DNA of 64,000 nucleotides from Piedraia hortae CBS 480.64 (lineage: Eukaryota). The notes beneath the pieces are model-generated. The model was not told the DNA's origin, made no database searches, and saw nothing but the letters and a program-made list of their open reading frames with translations. Both the position numbers and the translations under genes were made by a program. The DNA is taken from the NCBI GenBank assembly GCA_010093745.1, contig MU005957.1, positions 372,001-436,000 of the forward strand. Reading direction: 5' to 3'. Position 1 is the stretch's first letter, and the number at the start of each line of letters is the position of its first letter. Positions 52,243 through 63,051 of the stretch are shown piece by piece.

Positions 52243-55200
52243 ATGCGCACAACAAGCACAGTCTGGGCGGCGGCACTGGTGGCTCTGTCCCTCAGCAGGC
52301 CGTTGACGAGGGCGGAGGCAGCTCCCACACATCAACAGCTGGACGCTGAGCAGCCAGGATATCATTTTCCGCGGCTTTTCCGACGACAATATGGGAATAC
52401 CACCAGCACATCGTCTGAGATAACCCCGTCAACGACAACTTCAGTGCTGCCTACTTCCTTGGCCGATACATCCGCATACTCCGCCCCAGTTTCATCCACA
52501 GAATATCCCAGCTCTGCACCCTCATTGAGCGACTACTCGACTATATCGGCATCGAGTGCAGCTTCAAGCAGCCCCAGCTCTTACTCATCCTCCCAGCTGA
52601 GCACATTGAGTGTTGCACCCAGCAGCAGCGATGCACCAACATCATACGGCTCTAGCTCTTCTTCCTATCTGCCAAGCACGTCGAGTGGCGTAGCCAGTAG
52701 CACCATGGACTCGAGCAGCAGCCTGTCGGCCTCCTCCAGCCCGAGCTCAGTCTCCTCCTACGTGCCGGGGACGTCGAGTCAAGCAAGCGGCAGCAGCAGC
52801 GACTCCGTGCTTACATCTTCCGACTTCAGCTCCACCTCGTCATATACGCCAGAGACCTCTAGCAATGCTGGCAGCAGCAGCGTGGAGTCGAGCTCTGGCT
52901 CTAGTCTCGCTCCACATTCTCCAAGCACATCGAGTATTGTTGGCAGTAGCAGTAGCACGGGTCCGAGCAGCTCAGCATCATCAACTGAGTCCTACAGTCC
53001 ATCATCTGCCTTGTCTTACTCATCGAGCACATCCAGTGATGCGGCTAGCGGAACTTTTGGATCGAGCAGTGCACCATTCTCGGCTTTCTCCAGCCTCAGT
53101 TCGGTGTCCTCGTTCTTCCCAAGCTCGTCCAACAGTGCAAGCTCTTACAGTCCCACGTCCTACCCTTCGGATACGTCAAGCAGCTTTCTTTCGAGCAGTG
53201 CTTCGGCGTCTTCTTCCAGTCCCAACTCTGCATCGTCGTATTCGCCTGCAACGTCTAGTGTAAGTAGCAGCGTGTCGGACTCAAGCACTGGCTCTGCCTC
53301 GACCTCTTCATACGGTCCAAGCTCGTCATACACAGAAGGAACGTCTAGCAGCGGCTCTACATCGGGCTCTTCCACCAGTGTCAGCTCTTATGCACCCGTT
53401 TCTACAAGCAGTTCGAGCAGCGGTAGTGCGAGCTCAACTACCAACTCTGCTTCAGGTTTCCCCTTTGGTCCCAGCTCTTATACGCCGGGGTCATCGAGCA
53501 GTTTGAGCAGCGGTAGAGCGAGTTCAACCACCGGCTTTGCATCGGGACCTTCTTCCAGCCCTAGCTCCTACATGCCTGGATCGACGAACAGTTTGAGCAG
53601 CAGTAGCACGAGCTCTGCAACCAGCTCTGTTTCTGGTTCCTCTAGTGACAGCTCCTACATGCCGGGTTCTTCGAGCAGCTTGAGCAGTGGTCGTGCGAGC
53701 TCGACTATTGCTTCTGCCTCAAGTTCATCCATCACTCCCAGTTCCTACATTCCAGGCAGCACCAGCGGTGATTTTAGCACTAGCTCCTACACTCCGGGGA
53801 GTACTAGCAGTGGGATCAGCACCAGCTCCTACACTCCAGGCAGCACTGGCAGTACAGGCTCTACCAAATCAGCATCAGCACCTACTTCACCATTCAACTC
53901 TGCCTCATCAAGCAGCAGCTCTGCATCGGTGTCGTCTTTTAATCCTGGCTCTGTTTCTTCGTACTCAGCAGGCACATCAAGTAGCAACTCTGCTTCGGGA
54001 TCACTAAGCTCGAGTACTTCTTCGCCAGGAACGTCAAGCAGTTCGAGCACCGGCAGTTTGGGGTCTAGCGTTTCCTGGAGCTCAATTTCTTCATTCAGCT
54101 CCAGCCTGGCGCCGTCTTACACGACGACGTCACCCACTACTGGCTCTGCATTGAGTGGCTCATCTGGATTGAGCTCGACCTCTTTGTTCACCCCCACTTC
54201 GAGCGCACCCAGCAGCAGCGGTTTGAGTTCTGCCACGACGTCTGCATCAGCACCGTCATCTAGCACCAGCTCCTACATTCCAGGTACGTCAAGCAGCGCT
54301 TCGTCGTCGCACTCAATTCAATCGAGCTCTTATGCTCCGGGCATGTCGCGCAGTACAGACAGTATCTCTCTCTCCGCGTCTAGTGGGTCATCAAGTGCCA
54401 GTTCCTTTGCACCAAGTACACTCAGCAGTGTTTCTGCTTCCTCCAGCTCGAGCACCTATGTACCAGGTACGATGAGCAGTACGAGTGGAAACGCTTTAAG
54501 CACAAGCTCCGGCTCTGTTACGCTCTCTTCGCAGAGCTCATACATGCCGGGAACCCCGAGCAGCCTTTCCAGCACAGGCAGTATGAGTTCTCACAGCGCA
54601 TCCCCGCAATCTTCGCTCAGAGGAAGCTCTACCGCCTCAGAGCCCCTTACCACACCGATGGTAGGAACGACCAGTGGTAGCCTTGGCCCGAGCAGCGATA
54701 CTGTTTTCTCGAAGTCTTCCAGCTTGAGTTCCACTGCCTCAGAACGGTCTGGCTCATCAAGCGGCAGCCAGTCTGTTAGCAGCGACACAGCTTCTGAGTC
54801 ATCCTCCCGTCCAGTTGGCACCTCATCTGGACCTGCATCTACCAGCACTTCCAGCCTGAGCATAAGCAGCGGTGTTCCAGCAAGCTTGTCATCCAGCGGC
54901 AGCCAGTATGGCACCAGTAGTGGTACTGCCTCCGCTTCGTCATCCCGTTCGGCTGGCACCTCGTCTGGGTCTGCATCTGTCGGCACTTCAAGTCTGAGCA
55001 CAAGCACAGGTGTCCCAGCAAGCTCTTCATTCAGTCTCAGCACTGTCTCCTCTGGAACTTCAGCCTCTGGAACTACAGAAGCATCGTTCGGTCCAAGTAG
55101 CTCGCGTCCGACCAACTCTTATACAAGCGCTAGTTCTCGGGGCGCTTCCAGTGCAATAAGCGGTAGTGGTTCTTTGAGCTCATCTGGTGTGTCTGTCGTC

Positions 55201-58200
55201 CCCACCTATTCCAGCAATACTGGCACTGGTAGTGACTCGTCGGCACCTGTATTGACTGGATCATCTGCCAGCTCATCCTCGCCAGGGGTCTCCAGTGGTA
55301 CAGCGGGCACATCGTCCAGATCAGGCACGCTCACTGGGGTTCCACATTCATCGTCTTCATACTCAGCATCGACTGGGAGTGCAGCATCCTTAACCAGCTC
55401 TGGCTCTGGTTCTGGAAGCGCATCTCCAAGCCCGTCTCCGTACAACTCGGCTACTGGTACTTCTGGGTTGACCTCTACGGAAACATCATCTGGGTCAGCT
55501 AGCTTCACGCCTTCGTCAATATCTTCTGGGGCAGCTACTTATACGACGCCTATCATATCCTCCAGATCTGCAAGCTCCCCCATCGTTTCTTCTAGGTCCG
55601 CGAGCTCGCTATCCAGCACCTATATTCCTGGCACGGCAAGCCTCTCTGCGCCTTCTACGGGCTCAGCAACATGGAGCGGGGGATTCAGTACAACAGAATC
55701 GTCGGGTACTGTTTCGACTGTGTATCCCGGAACTTCGTCCGCGTCGCAATCCACTGGTGTTGTCCCCTCAGCTGGCAGCAGCTCCTTTGGCACTGAACCT
55801 GGATCTGCTTCGTCGTCTGAATGGTCCAGCGCTTCCAGTGCTGTGCCTGAAACCACTCGACCTAGCCAATCGCCCAGCGCAACCTCGAGTACTGCAGGCA
55901 CTACTGTTGTTCCTGTTCCTATCAGTACCGGATCAAGCTATCATCCAAGTGGCCAAACAGAATCGTCTAGTGAGCCTGGCTCAACGCACACTGAATCTAG
56001 CCATGGCCCGAGCATTTCGACTGCATCAAGCGGAGTCAGCCCTGCTCCTGAGAGCACTGAGCCCAGCCATTCAAGCAGCCCGAGTCCTGACACGGCATCT
56101 TCTGGGACCACGATTGTGCCGGAACCAGTGCCTGTGCCTACCAGCCTGTCCCATACAAGCGGCTTCCACACTACGACGGCTAGTGCTGCTCCTGATACAA
56201 CAGAGCCTAGTGTGTCAAGCAGGCCGGGTCCTCAGAGTGAATCTACAAGTGGCATTGCCCCTTTGTCGTCAAGCTCCGGCGTCACAAGCAGGCCAGGCAC
56301 ATCGGGTTCCATTGGTGCCAGTCCTCTCCCTGAAAGCACTGGATCAAGCCATTCTAGCCAGCCAAGTCCAACAACCCACTCCTCTGGTAAAACAATCGTT
56401 CCTGCACCCGTGCCTACAAGCCCTGGCCTGAATAGCCCTGCTGTGTCACCGTCACCAACCGGTGCAAGCCCAGTTCCCGAGAGCACAACGCATGAGTCGT
56501 CGAGCAGGCCCGGCCATTCTGCACATTCTTCTGACACCACTATTGTGCCCGTCCCTGTACCCTCGAGCCCTGGCACGGTACCCGGCACAAGCCATGGTAC
56601 GAGCCCCAGTGTAAGCAGTCCTGCCGCGTCCTCGCCGTCTGGTGCCAGCCCGCTTCCAGAGAGCACCACTACAGGCCATACAAGCGAGCCAAGTCCTACC
56701 ACAGAGTCATCTAGCTCTCGCATTGTTCCCGTTCCGGTGCCAACAAGCCCACATGCTAGCAGCCCGGTTGAATCCACCGGGCAGTCGACACACGTTACTC
56801 CCATCCCGGAGACAACTGCACCGGGCGAGTCTTCTGGTAGGCCGAGCTCTTCTCCAATATCGTCTGGCCCAACAATTGTTCCTGTACCTGCATCCTCACC
56901 TTCGCAGGCCAGCAGCCCGGGCGAGTCTACAAGGTCGTCGACCCATGCTACACCCATTCCAGAAACAACCGAGCCCACGAGCAGACCGAGCCCCGAGTCT
57001 GAGTCATCTGGGACTACGGTCGTCCCTGTACCGGTGCCAACAGGCCCTCAGGCTAGCAGTCCGGCTGAGCCCACAAAGCCGTCGACGCATGTTACTCCCG
57101 TTCCAGAAACAACAGCGCCTGAGTACTCTAGTAGGCCGAGCCCGACAGTCGAGTCATCTGAGACGCCAGTTGTGCCCGTGCCCGTACCTGCGCCAACAAG
57201 CTCTCAGGCTAGCATCCCGGCTGAGCCTACGGGGCCATCGTCGCATGTCACCCCAATTCCTGAAACAGCGGCAACTGAGCACTCAAGCAAGCCGAGTCCA
57301 TCTGTTGAGTCTTCTGAGACACCTGTTGTACCTGTTCCTGTTCCAACCAGCCCTGGGCAGGCCACCAGTCCTCGGGCTAGCAGTCCCTATGGCTCTCCTA
57401 CCGCTGCTAGTCCTGCCCCTGAGGTTACAACAGCTCATCCCGGCCAACCGAGTCCTTCGACTGAGTCTTCTGATGCAAGTGTCGTTCCGTTGCCGGTGCC
57501 AGCGACCCCTAGCCCAGCTCCGGAATACACGACGCCTGGCCAGCCCAGTCCGTCTGCCAAGTCTACCGATGCATCTGTTGTTCCTGCACCTGTTCCAGAG
57601 AGCCCTGCGCCAAGCCATGTCAGCAGCCCATTCTCAGCACCGCCAGGATCCACGACTCCCGAGCCGGAAACTACTGAGCCTACGCTTGCAAGTGCTTACA
57701 CCCCAAGTCCTGAATCTTCGAGTACCACTGTGATCCCAGTGCCGATCCCAGCGGGCACTTCGCCGGGTCGCCCATCGCCTTCGGGAGCCGAGTCTACTCC
57801 CACTGCCCCGGCTCCTGAAACGCAGCCACAGGGAGGCCATTCTAGTGATGCCACTCAGCATCCTAGCCCGGCCTCATCACCAGAACCAAAGCCTGAAGGC
57901 TCTACAGGCAAGGCATCGACTCCAAACTATACGCCTACTTCGCTCCCTCATGAGCCTTCGGAGGCGCCTCCAGCATCGCCAGCTTCCACAGCCAAGACGC
58001 CGGGCGTAGCGCCGGCACCTTTGCCATCGTCACCCAAATCTTCTCCCACTCCACCCCCACCCGCTGAATCCCCAAGGACGTCCCAAGTAGCGTCTCCTCA
58101 ACCTCATCCATCTCTTTCACCAGCCTCGATTGTTTCGATTGCTGCAACTGGCACCGACAGCGCGACCTCATTGTATGTGCCAACCAGCCTAATGCATCAG

Positions 58201-59061
58201 ACTAGCTCGACAGTTCCCGCATCCAGCAGCCATCTCACAACTGCCAGTGGAACTATGTCGTCAACTGGAATTCCTTCGAACATGCCCGCAATGGTCCTGC
58301 CTCCTGGCGGTATGCCGGAGGTGGGTCCAAACAAGACTCTGATTCAAATCGGGTTCAACTACGAATTGAATTATCCGTTTGTCATCGGAGCCGATCTTGC
58401 GACCAATCAAATCTTTACTTACCTGCCGCGAGGAGTGGCTTATGGTCTTGAAATCCCGGATGGAGATGTTCAGATGAAGGGCCTATTACCTTATGATACA
58501 CGTGCCTCCCTTCACTACATTACGACGCTAGCCCAGGCGTACATTCCTACTGATCGCCTTACCATGTTGCAGCAAGACCTCTGCAAAACGACAAGCAAAT
58601 TTTACCACCATCCTAATTCGACTGTCAGAGAACTGATGTTGATGATCAATTGCTCCATCTCTGTCAACCCGGGCAGCTCCGTTGCAGGTGCGCAGTCTTC
58701 GAACCCGGCAGCTACAGCATCGTCGCCAGCGGGAGAAGGCGCTCCAATCGGTGCAGACTCGGGCAAATCAATGCCCATCAAAGGCACTTCGGTCGGCATC
58801 AGCGTTGGTGCAATCGCAGGCGCAGCGGTATACGCGGCAACAATGTTTTATGTTGCCAGACGATACAGACAAAGGAGGCAACGACATGGACGGGCAGACT
58901 CCATGCCGGAGATGAGTCATACGGAAGGAATGGGAATGTATGGGGCTGGTGCCGGTCAGGAACGCGGCAGCCGGCAAAGTGGAAGCACGAACGGGCGCAG
59001 TGTACGAGAACAGGGAATTTCTCATCCCATTCAGGCGGGGAACAGTCTTGGGTGGGACTGA
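52243..59061 (+). CDS. MSB2: Signalling mucin Msb2 (2272 aa)
   Basis: Signal peptide, very long Ser/Thr/Pro region, HMH domain LIQIGFNYELNYPFV...QIFTYLP...YITTLAQAYIP, TM VGISVGAIAGAAVYAATMFYVARRY, conserved end ISHPIQAGNSLGWD. Confidence 0.93.
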   Translation: MRTTSTVWAAALVALSLSRPLTRAEAAPTHQQLDAEQPGYHFPRLFRRQYGNTTSTSSEITPSTTTSVLPTSLADTSAYSAPVSSTEYPSSAPSLSDYSTISASSAASSSPSSYSSSQLSTLSVAPSSSDAPTSYGSSSSSYLPSTSSGVASSTMDSSSSLSASSSPSSVSSYVPGTSSQASGSSSDSVLTSSDFSSTSSYTPETSSNAGSSSVESSSGSSLAPHSPSTSSIVGSSSSTGPSSSASSTESYSPSSALSYSSSTSSDAASGTFGSSSAPFSAFSSLSSVSSFFPSSSNSASSYSPTSYPSDTSSSFLSSSASASSSSPNSASSYSPATSSVSSSVSDSSTGSASTSSYGPSSSYTEGTSSSGSTSGSSTSVSSYAPVSTSSSSSGSASSTTNSASGFPFGPSSYTPGSSSSLSSGRASSTTGFASGPSSSPSSYMPGSTNSLSSSSTSSATSSVSGSSSDSSYMPGSSSSLSSGRASSTIASASSSSITPSSYIPGSTSGDFSTSSYTPGSTSSGISTSSYTPGSTGSTGSTKSASAPTSPFNSASSSSSSASVSSFNPGSVSSYSAGTSSSNSASGSLSSSTSSPGTSSSSSTGSLGSSVSWSSISSFSSSLAPSYTTTSPTTGSALSGSSGLSSTSLFTPTSSAPSSSGLSSATTSASAPSSSTSSYIPGTSSSASSSHSIQSSSYAPGMSRSTDSISLSASSGSSSASSFAPSTLSSVSASSSSSTYVPGTMSSTSGNALSTSSGSVTLSSQSSYMPGTPSSLSSTGSMSSHSASPQSSLRGSSTASEPLTTPMVGTTSGSLGPSSDTVFSKSSSLSSTASERSGSSSGSQSVSSDTASESSSRPVGTSSGPASTSTSSLSISSGVPASLSSSGSQYGTSSGTASASSSRSAGTSSGSASVGTSSLSTSTGVPASSSFSLSTVSSGTSASGTTEASFGPSSSRPTNSYTSASSRGASSAISGSGSLSSSGVSVVPTYSSNTGTGSDSSAPVLTGSSASSSSPGVSSGTAGTSSRSGTLTGVPHSSSSYSASTGSAASLTSSGSGSGSASPSPSPYNSATGTSGLTSTETSSGSASFTPSSISSGAATYTTPIISSRSASSPIVSSRSASSLSSTYIPGTASLSAPSTGSATWSGGFSTTESSGTVSTVYPGTSSASQSTGVVPSAGSSSFGTEPGSASSSEWSSASSAVPETTRPSQSPSATSSTAGTTVVPVPISTGSSYHPSGQTESSSEPGSTHTESSHGPSISTASSGVSPAPESTEPSHSSSPSPDTASSGTTIVPEPVPVPTSLSHTSGFHTTTASAAPDTTEPSVSSRPGPQSESTSGIAPLSSSSGVTSRPGTSGSIGASPLPESTGSSHSSQPSPTTHSSGKTIVPAPVPTSPGLNSPAVSPSPTGASPVPESTTHESSSRPGHSAHSSDTTIVPVPVPSSPGTVPGTSHGTSPSVSSPAASSPSGASPLPESTTTGHTSEPSPTTESSSSRIVPVPVPTSPHASSPVESTGQSTHVTPIPETTAPGESSGRPSSSPISSGPTIVPVPASSPSQASSPGESTRSSTHATPIPETTEPTSRPSPESESSGTTVVPVPVPTGPQASSPAEPTKPSTHVTPVPETTAPEYSSRPSPTVESSETPVVPVPVPAPTSSQASIPAEPTGPSSHVTPIPETAATEHSSKPSPSVESSETPVVPVPVPTSPGQATSPRASSPYGSPTAASPAPEVTTAHPGQPSPSTESSDASVVPLPVPATPSPAPEYTTPGQPSPSAKSTDASVVPAPVPESPAPSHVSSPFSAPPGSTTPEPETTEPTLASAYTPSPESSSTTVIPVPIPAGTSPGRPSPSGAESTPTAPAPETQPQGGHSSDATQHPSPASSPEPKPEGSTGKASTPNYTPTSLPHEPSEAPPASPASTAKTPGVAPAPLPSSPKSSPTPPPPAESPRTSQVASPQPHPSLSPASIVSIAATGTDSATSLYVPTSLMHQTSSTVPASSSHLTTASGTMSSTGIPSNMPAMVLPPGGMPEVGPNKTLIQIGFNYELNYPFVIGADLATNQIFTYLPRGVAYGLEIPDGDVQMKGLLPYDTRASLHYITTLAQAYIPTDRLTMLQQDLCKTTSKFYHHPNSTVRELMLMINCSISVNPGSSVAGAQSSNPAATASSPAGEGAPIGADSGKSMPIKGTSVGISVGAIAGAAVYAATMFYVARRYRQRRQRHGRADSMPEMSHTEGMGMYGAGAGQERGSRQSGSTNGRSVREQGISHPIQAGNSLGWD

Positions 59062-59489
59062 TGTTTTTCTTTGACGGAGCAATAAGATATACCATGAGCG
59101 GCGTTGTGTAGTTTTTGTTCTTTTATTCATTTCTGTTGAAGGTGTAGATAATAATATTGTATGTTATACCGCTACAGTTCCCCTCCAACAACCCGCTTTC
59201 TGCTGTGAACCCCCGGAGTAGCGCAATTTGGGAACCGTGTCAAATATCAGATATTTCCATCCCATCCGTGCACAGGCTCACAAACGGCTTCATCCTTTGA
59301 TACAGGGGAAAACAGACCATGTTGGTATTTTTAACTTTCCCGAATGACCAACAGAAGAAGCATGTCATTTCTCTCTTTCCTCTTGTAGAAATCTAAAAAA
59401 CGTTTGTCATACCAAAAAACACACTTCGGGCTGGATCTGAAGTCGACAACACGATCATAATCACACTCCCATAAAGAAAACCAAGTAAA

Positions 59490-60108
59490 ATGCTCGACCC
59501 AACCACCTCCCCCGCCAGCGAACCGCACCGTGTGTCCTGGAACGAAATCAAACGAGTCTTCCACATGCCGCGATCATCAATCTCATCGACCACCTCATCG
59601 TCAAGAGATGTTTCACCGAAAAAGGGATCCTCTCCAATGAGGAATGCCTCGCGCTCGTTACGGAGTAGAACCTCGCGGGCGAATGTCCTGCAGAGTGAGG
59701 GCCAGAGTGCAAGAAAATCTAGTTTTGCGTCGTTGAGGCTGTTTACTGCGTTTCAGGAACGGAGGGCTGAGAGTGGGGATGAGAGTGGAAATGCGAAAGG
59801 AGGAGGGTTTGGGGGTGAGGAGGGTTTGAATGAGGAGGAGGGGGGGGAGGTTGGTATCCCTACTGTGGAGAAGGTGGAGAATTTACTTCCCATGGCTCCT
59901 CCAACGAAGATTCCGGATTTTAGACCACAGGGTCTGAATTGTCAAAAGTGTTATTATTTCACAAGGGAGGATTGTAAAGGGTATATCATCGGGGGACAGC
60001 CGGGTGATGTTTGTGAGCCGTGTTTGGTGGGTTGTTATTTGGCTGTTTGTGGGGTTGTCGGCTAACTTTATACAGGATGCGGGAAGGTTTGGTGATGGGT
60101 TTGATTGA
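59490..60108 (+). CDS. Small hypothetical protein with C-terminal Cys cluster; probable intron 60027-60075
   Basis: Ser/Arg-rich N-terminus then CQKCYYF..EDCKGYIIGG..GDVCEPCL. The GTGGGT...CTAAC...CAG intron gives the ending DAGRFGDGFD*. Confidence 0.65.
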
Positions 60109-60823
60109 TTCGAGTTTGGATTTGACGGAGTGTGGGTTGTACAGTACTAAGTTTATTATGTAGGATTTTTTTTGAGGACGTTGTGGCGGTGTGAAAGACC
60201 TGATCAGATTGCGCCTTGGACAAACATCCTTCTGCTGATATCTGTACAACTAAATCACTCCCACCGGGAACGCTGCGTTGGGAGAGACCGGCAAAGGGTA
60301 TGACTCTCCCTGGCGTATGTAGTACCTACATGCATAGCAAAGTTTATGCTCAGTTCCACATGACGTCGAAGGAGGCAAATATATTACGATCGCTGGCTGC
60401 AAGGATCAATCCAATGGCTGGTAATATTATCATTCACTTAGTTTACAAAAGTGAGCGACCTAATTGAGCTGTTATACCAAGGAGATGATAATCGGGACCC
60501 TGTCGAACGATGAGTTTTTTTGCCACTCAAGCTATTCCCATTCGCACGGCACCGTCGCAGAGACGAATATGGCTGATTGCAATGCTCAATTCTCTCATTC
60601 ACCTGACTCGGCAGATCGTGAGTATGAGAGGACGATCAGTAAATTGACAGCTAGAAGTCTTACCGATCTGATCACATCAGATCTGCCTCCATTATCAAAG
60701 GTTGGACCACCTATTATGCTGATGCAAAACTTTGTTCCAACTCAATCCAGTTCTATTCTGAAATGGTGTTGCCCGCATTAATGATTAATGATAACAACTT
60801 ATTGGTCGCTGGTGCACCGTTTC

Positions 60824-61756
60824 TCAATATATTATTACCTCGTCCTCCCCATGTCCATCGATGACATGGTCGTCATAATCGTTGTCCTGTCTTGTATTGC
60901 CCTGCTTGTCGGTATTGTCATTGTCCGTCCTTTGTGATTCCTGCGAACCTTGTTTATGGTCTTGAGATGACGGGGTAACTACAGCAGGGTGCAGACTGTC
61001 TTTTTCTCCCTCTTCTTTCGGCGAGCTTTTCGTCTTATTATCATCACTAGCCTCTGGCATGGTATTCTGCTTGGCACCTTCACTTTCATGGCCTTGATCA
61101 TTTTCATTCTCCTGAACTTCGACTGCCGGGGAGTGAGGTTCCTCCTCGTCTTTTCCTCCCTGATGTTGTTCCCATTCAGCAAGCTCCTCTCCAACTCTCT
61201 CCTCCGCCCTCTTAATTTGCTCTTCAATGATATCCTCATCACAGTCTCTGAGCTCCCATGGCCTATAAAACAGCCGTGGTTCGGTCTTGGTTTGCAAGAA
61301 ATTTGCCTCCTCAAGTAATTGTTTATGTCTACTCTTCATGATCTCTTCATCCAACCGTTTCTGTAAATTTTCCCGCTCCTCGAGCGACTTCAATTTCCTC
61401 CGCCCTAGCTGCTCTTCATTTTGTTGTAGCATCTCTGCTTTCTTCCGTTCGACAATTTCTTCACGCCGTCTGAGTGCCTGGTTCGATAAGGAAGATGGCG
61501 AGGGAGTGGTGCTGGCCTTGAGATGTCCTAGCATCGCACCAAAGATACGTCTCCCTCGTGCTTTTTCGTCAATCAGGGCGCGTCGCGGTCGCTTGTTAGA
61601 TGCGCCTTCGGCCTCCGCTGCTTTTGCGCCATGTGCTGGGCTGTTTCCTTCGTGCGAACGCTTGTTATTGTTATTGTTCTTGCCTGGCTCCTGGTCCGGA
61701 TCCTGGTCCAGGGGCCGAGCCGCTTTGCTGGGTGACTCGGGTGTTGGAACTGACAT
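60824..61756 (-). CDS. Pinin/SDK/memA-domain protein
   Basis: DEKARGRRIFGAMLGHL, RRREEI, ANFLQTKTEPRLFYRPWEL, acidic tail ending EDEVIIY. Confidence 0.88.
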   Translation of the reverse strand: MSVPTPESPSKAARPLDQDPDQEPGKNNNNNKRSHEGNSPAHGAKAAEAEGASNKRPRRALIDEKARGRRIFGAMLGHLKASTTPSPSSLSNQALRRREEIVERKKAEMLQQNEEQLGRRKLKSLEERENLQKRLDEEIMKSRHKQLLEEANFLQTKTEPRLFYRPWELRDCDEDIIEEQIKRAEERVGEELAEWEQHQGGKDEEEPHSPAVEVQENENDQGHESEGAKQNTMPEASDDNKTKSSPKEEGEKDSLHPAVVTPSSQDHKQGSQESQRTDNDNTDKQGNTRQDNDYDDHVIDGHGEDEVIIY

Positions 61757-63051
61757 TGAGAGGTATGATGTATATGTGTCCAGATTACTTGAGATGGGGA
61801 TTTGCGCATCGGTTCATTGCAAGTGAATGCCTCGTCGTCGTGCGGATCGGCCCGAGTCGCTTGGCGCATTCACATTGAACTCGGAAATCATCCGGGCCAT
61901 CTGCGCTCCTGGCTAAGCTGCCTTTGGACTAGCTCGCAATGAAAATTCATTCGGTTGGAGAGACAGACGGTAAGGCGGTATAAATTGTAAATTCTGCAAG
62001 CTGGGTGGAGGGCCAAGTCAGACCTCAACGCCACTATGACATCCGGGAGTCAGCGGGCGGTTCAAGCGGGCCGCTCCGCATAGCCGTTGAATAGATCACA
62101 CCCAACTCACTGGGAAGACATAGATCCAGAAAGCATATGACTTAGACAGAGACAATGACGTATCATGTTTTGTCCAGAACATTCTTCATATGCCATACGT
62201 GAATGCCAGATCTAATTCTGTGGATTATACCCGAAAATTTCCAACGGACTTGGTCGCGCATTGTCCATGCCGTAGACAATCGTAGAAAGTGAATCTCTCA
62301 TCCCGGAGGAAATTCTCACGCACGCACAGTCTTTGTTCGCATTTCGCGAACATACAAGTCCTGTGCCGCTTGCCCACCTTAAAAATACTCAAAACATACC
62401 CTAGTCCGTAATCGGCAAACCTTGATATGCAACTCCCTATGGGCCGAGTTAGCCTTCGCACGTGACCCACGTAATTTCGAGCGTCCACATCGGTTCATGG
62501 CACGTACACAGGTGTGAGTAAACATTGCAGATTGTACGTTAATGTACGCCCACATTTTGGTACTGGTATTTAAAACGCTCTTGGTGTGAGGATACAGACG
62601 GGGGTTGCAGCTGGCTCTGGGTGGGACTCTCATGGTGGATGAGACACGTTTTTCACAAAGATCTACTTTCACTTGAGACTCTGATCACAGAAAGGGGTAA
62701 TTTGGGTTGCTTATCATGTCATGTATCTGCGATATAATGCCTCCAGTGACTGACCACTCACTGCTTCATTCGTCATGCAGAATCATGTCGGACAAATCAG
62801 CAATCATATGCTTGCAAAAGGCAAAGGCCACGGCGGAAGAACCTCCGTAGTTGGGCCTTCCATGATGCCAATCGATTTTGTACACATTTATACACTCAAA
62901 GAGGCATCCCGCTGAATACCAGCATTACGATGAAACCCAGAATGTACAGTAGGGTATATGTGCAAGTTCACATGAGATGCTATGCCGCGTTCCATCATGT
63001 AATGCAAAGGTAAAGCATGGCTTCCTGTGAGAAGAAGGGGAGGGAAAACAA

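Noticed and set aside
61860..62900. Possible ncRNA or TPP riboswitch in the pinin upstream gap
   Set aside because: No CTGAGA or downstream TPP consensus, and no tRNA or snRNA signature found by eye; an Infernal scan would be needed.
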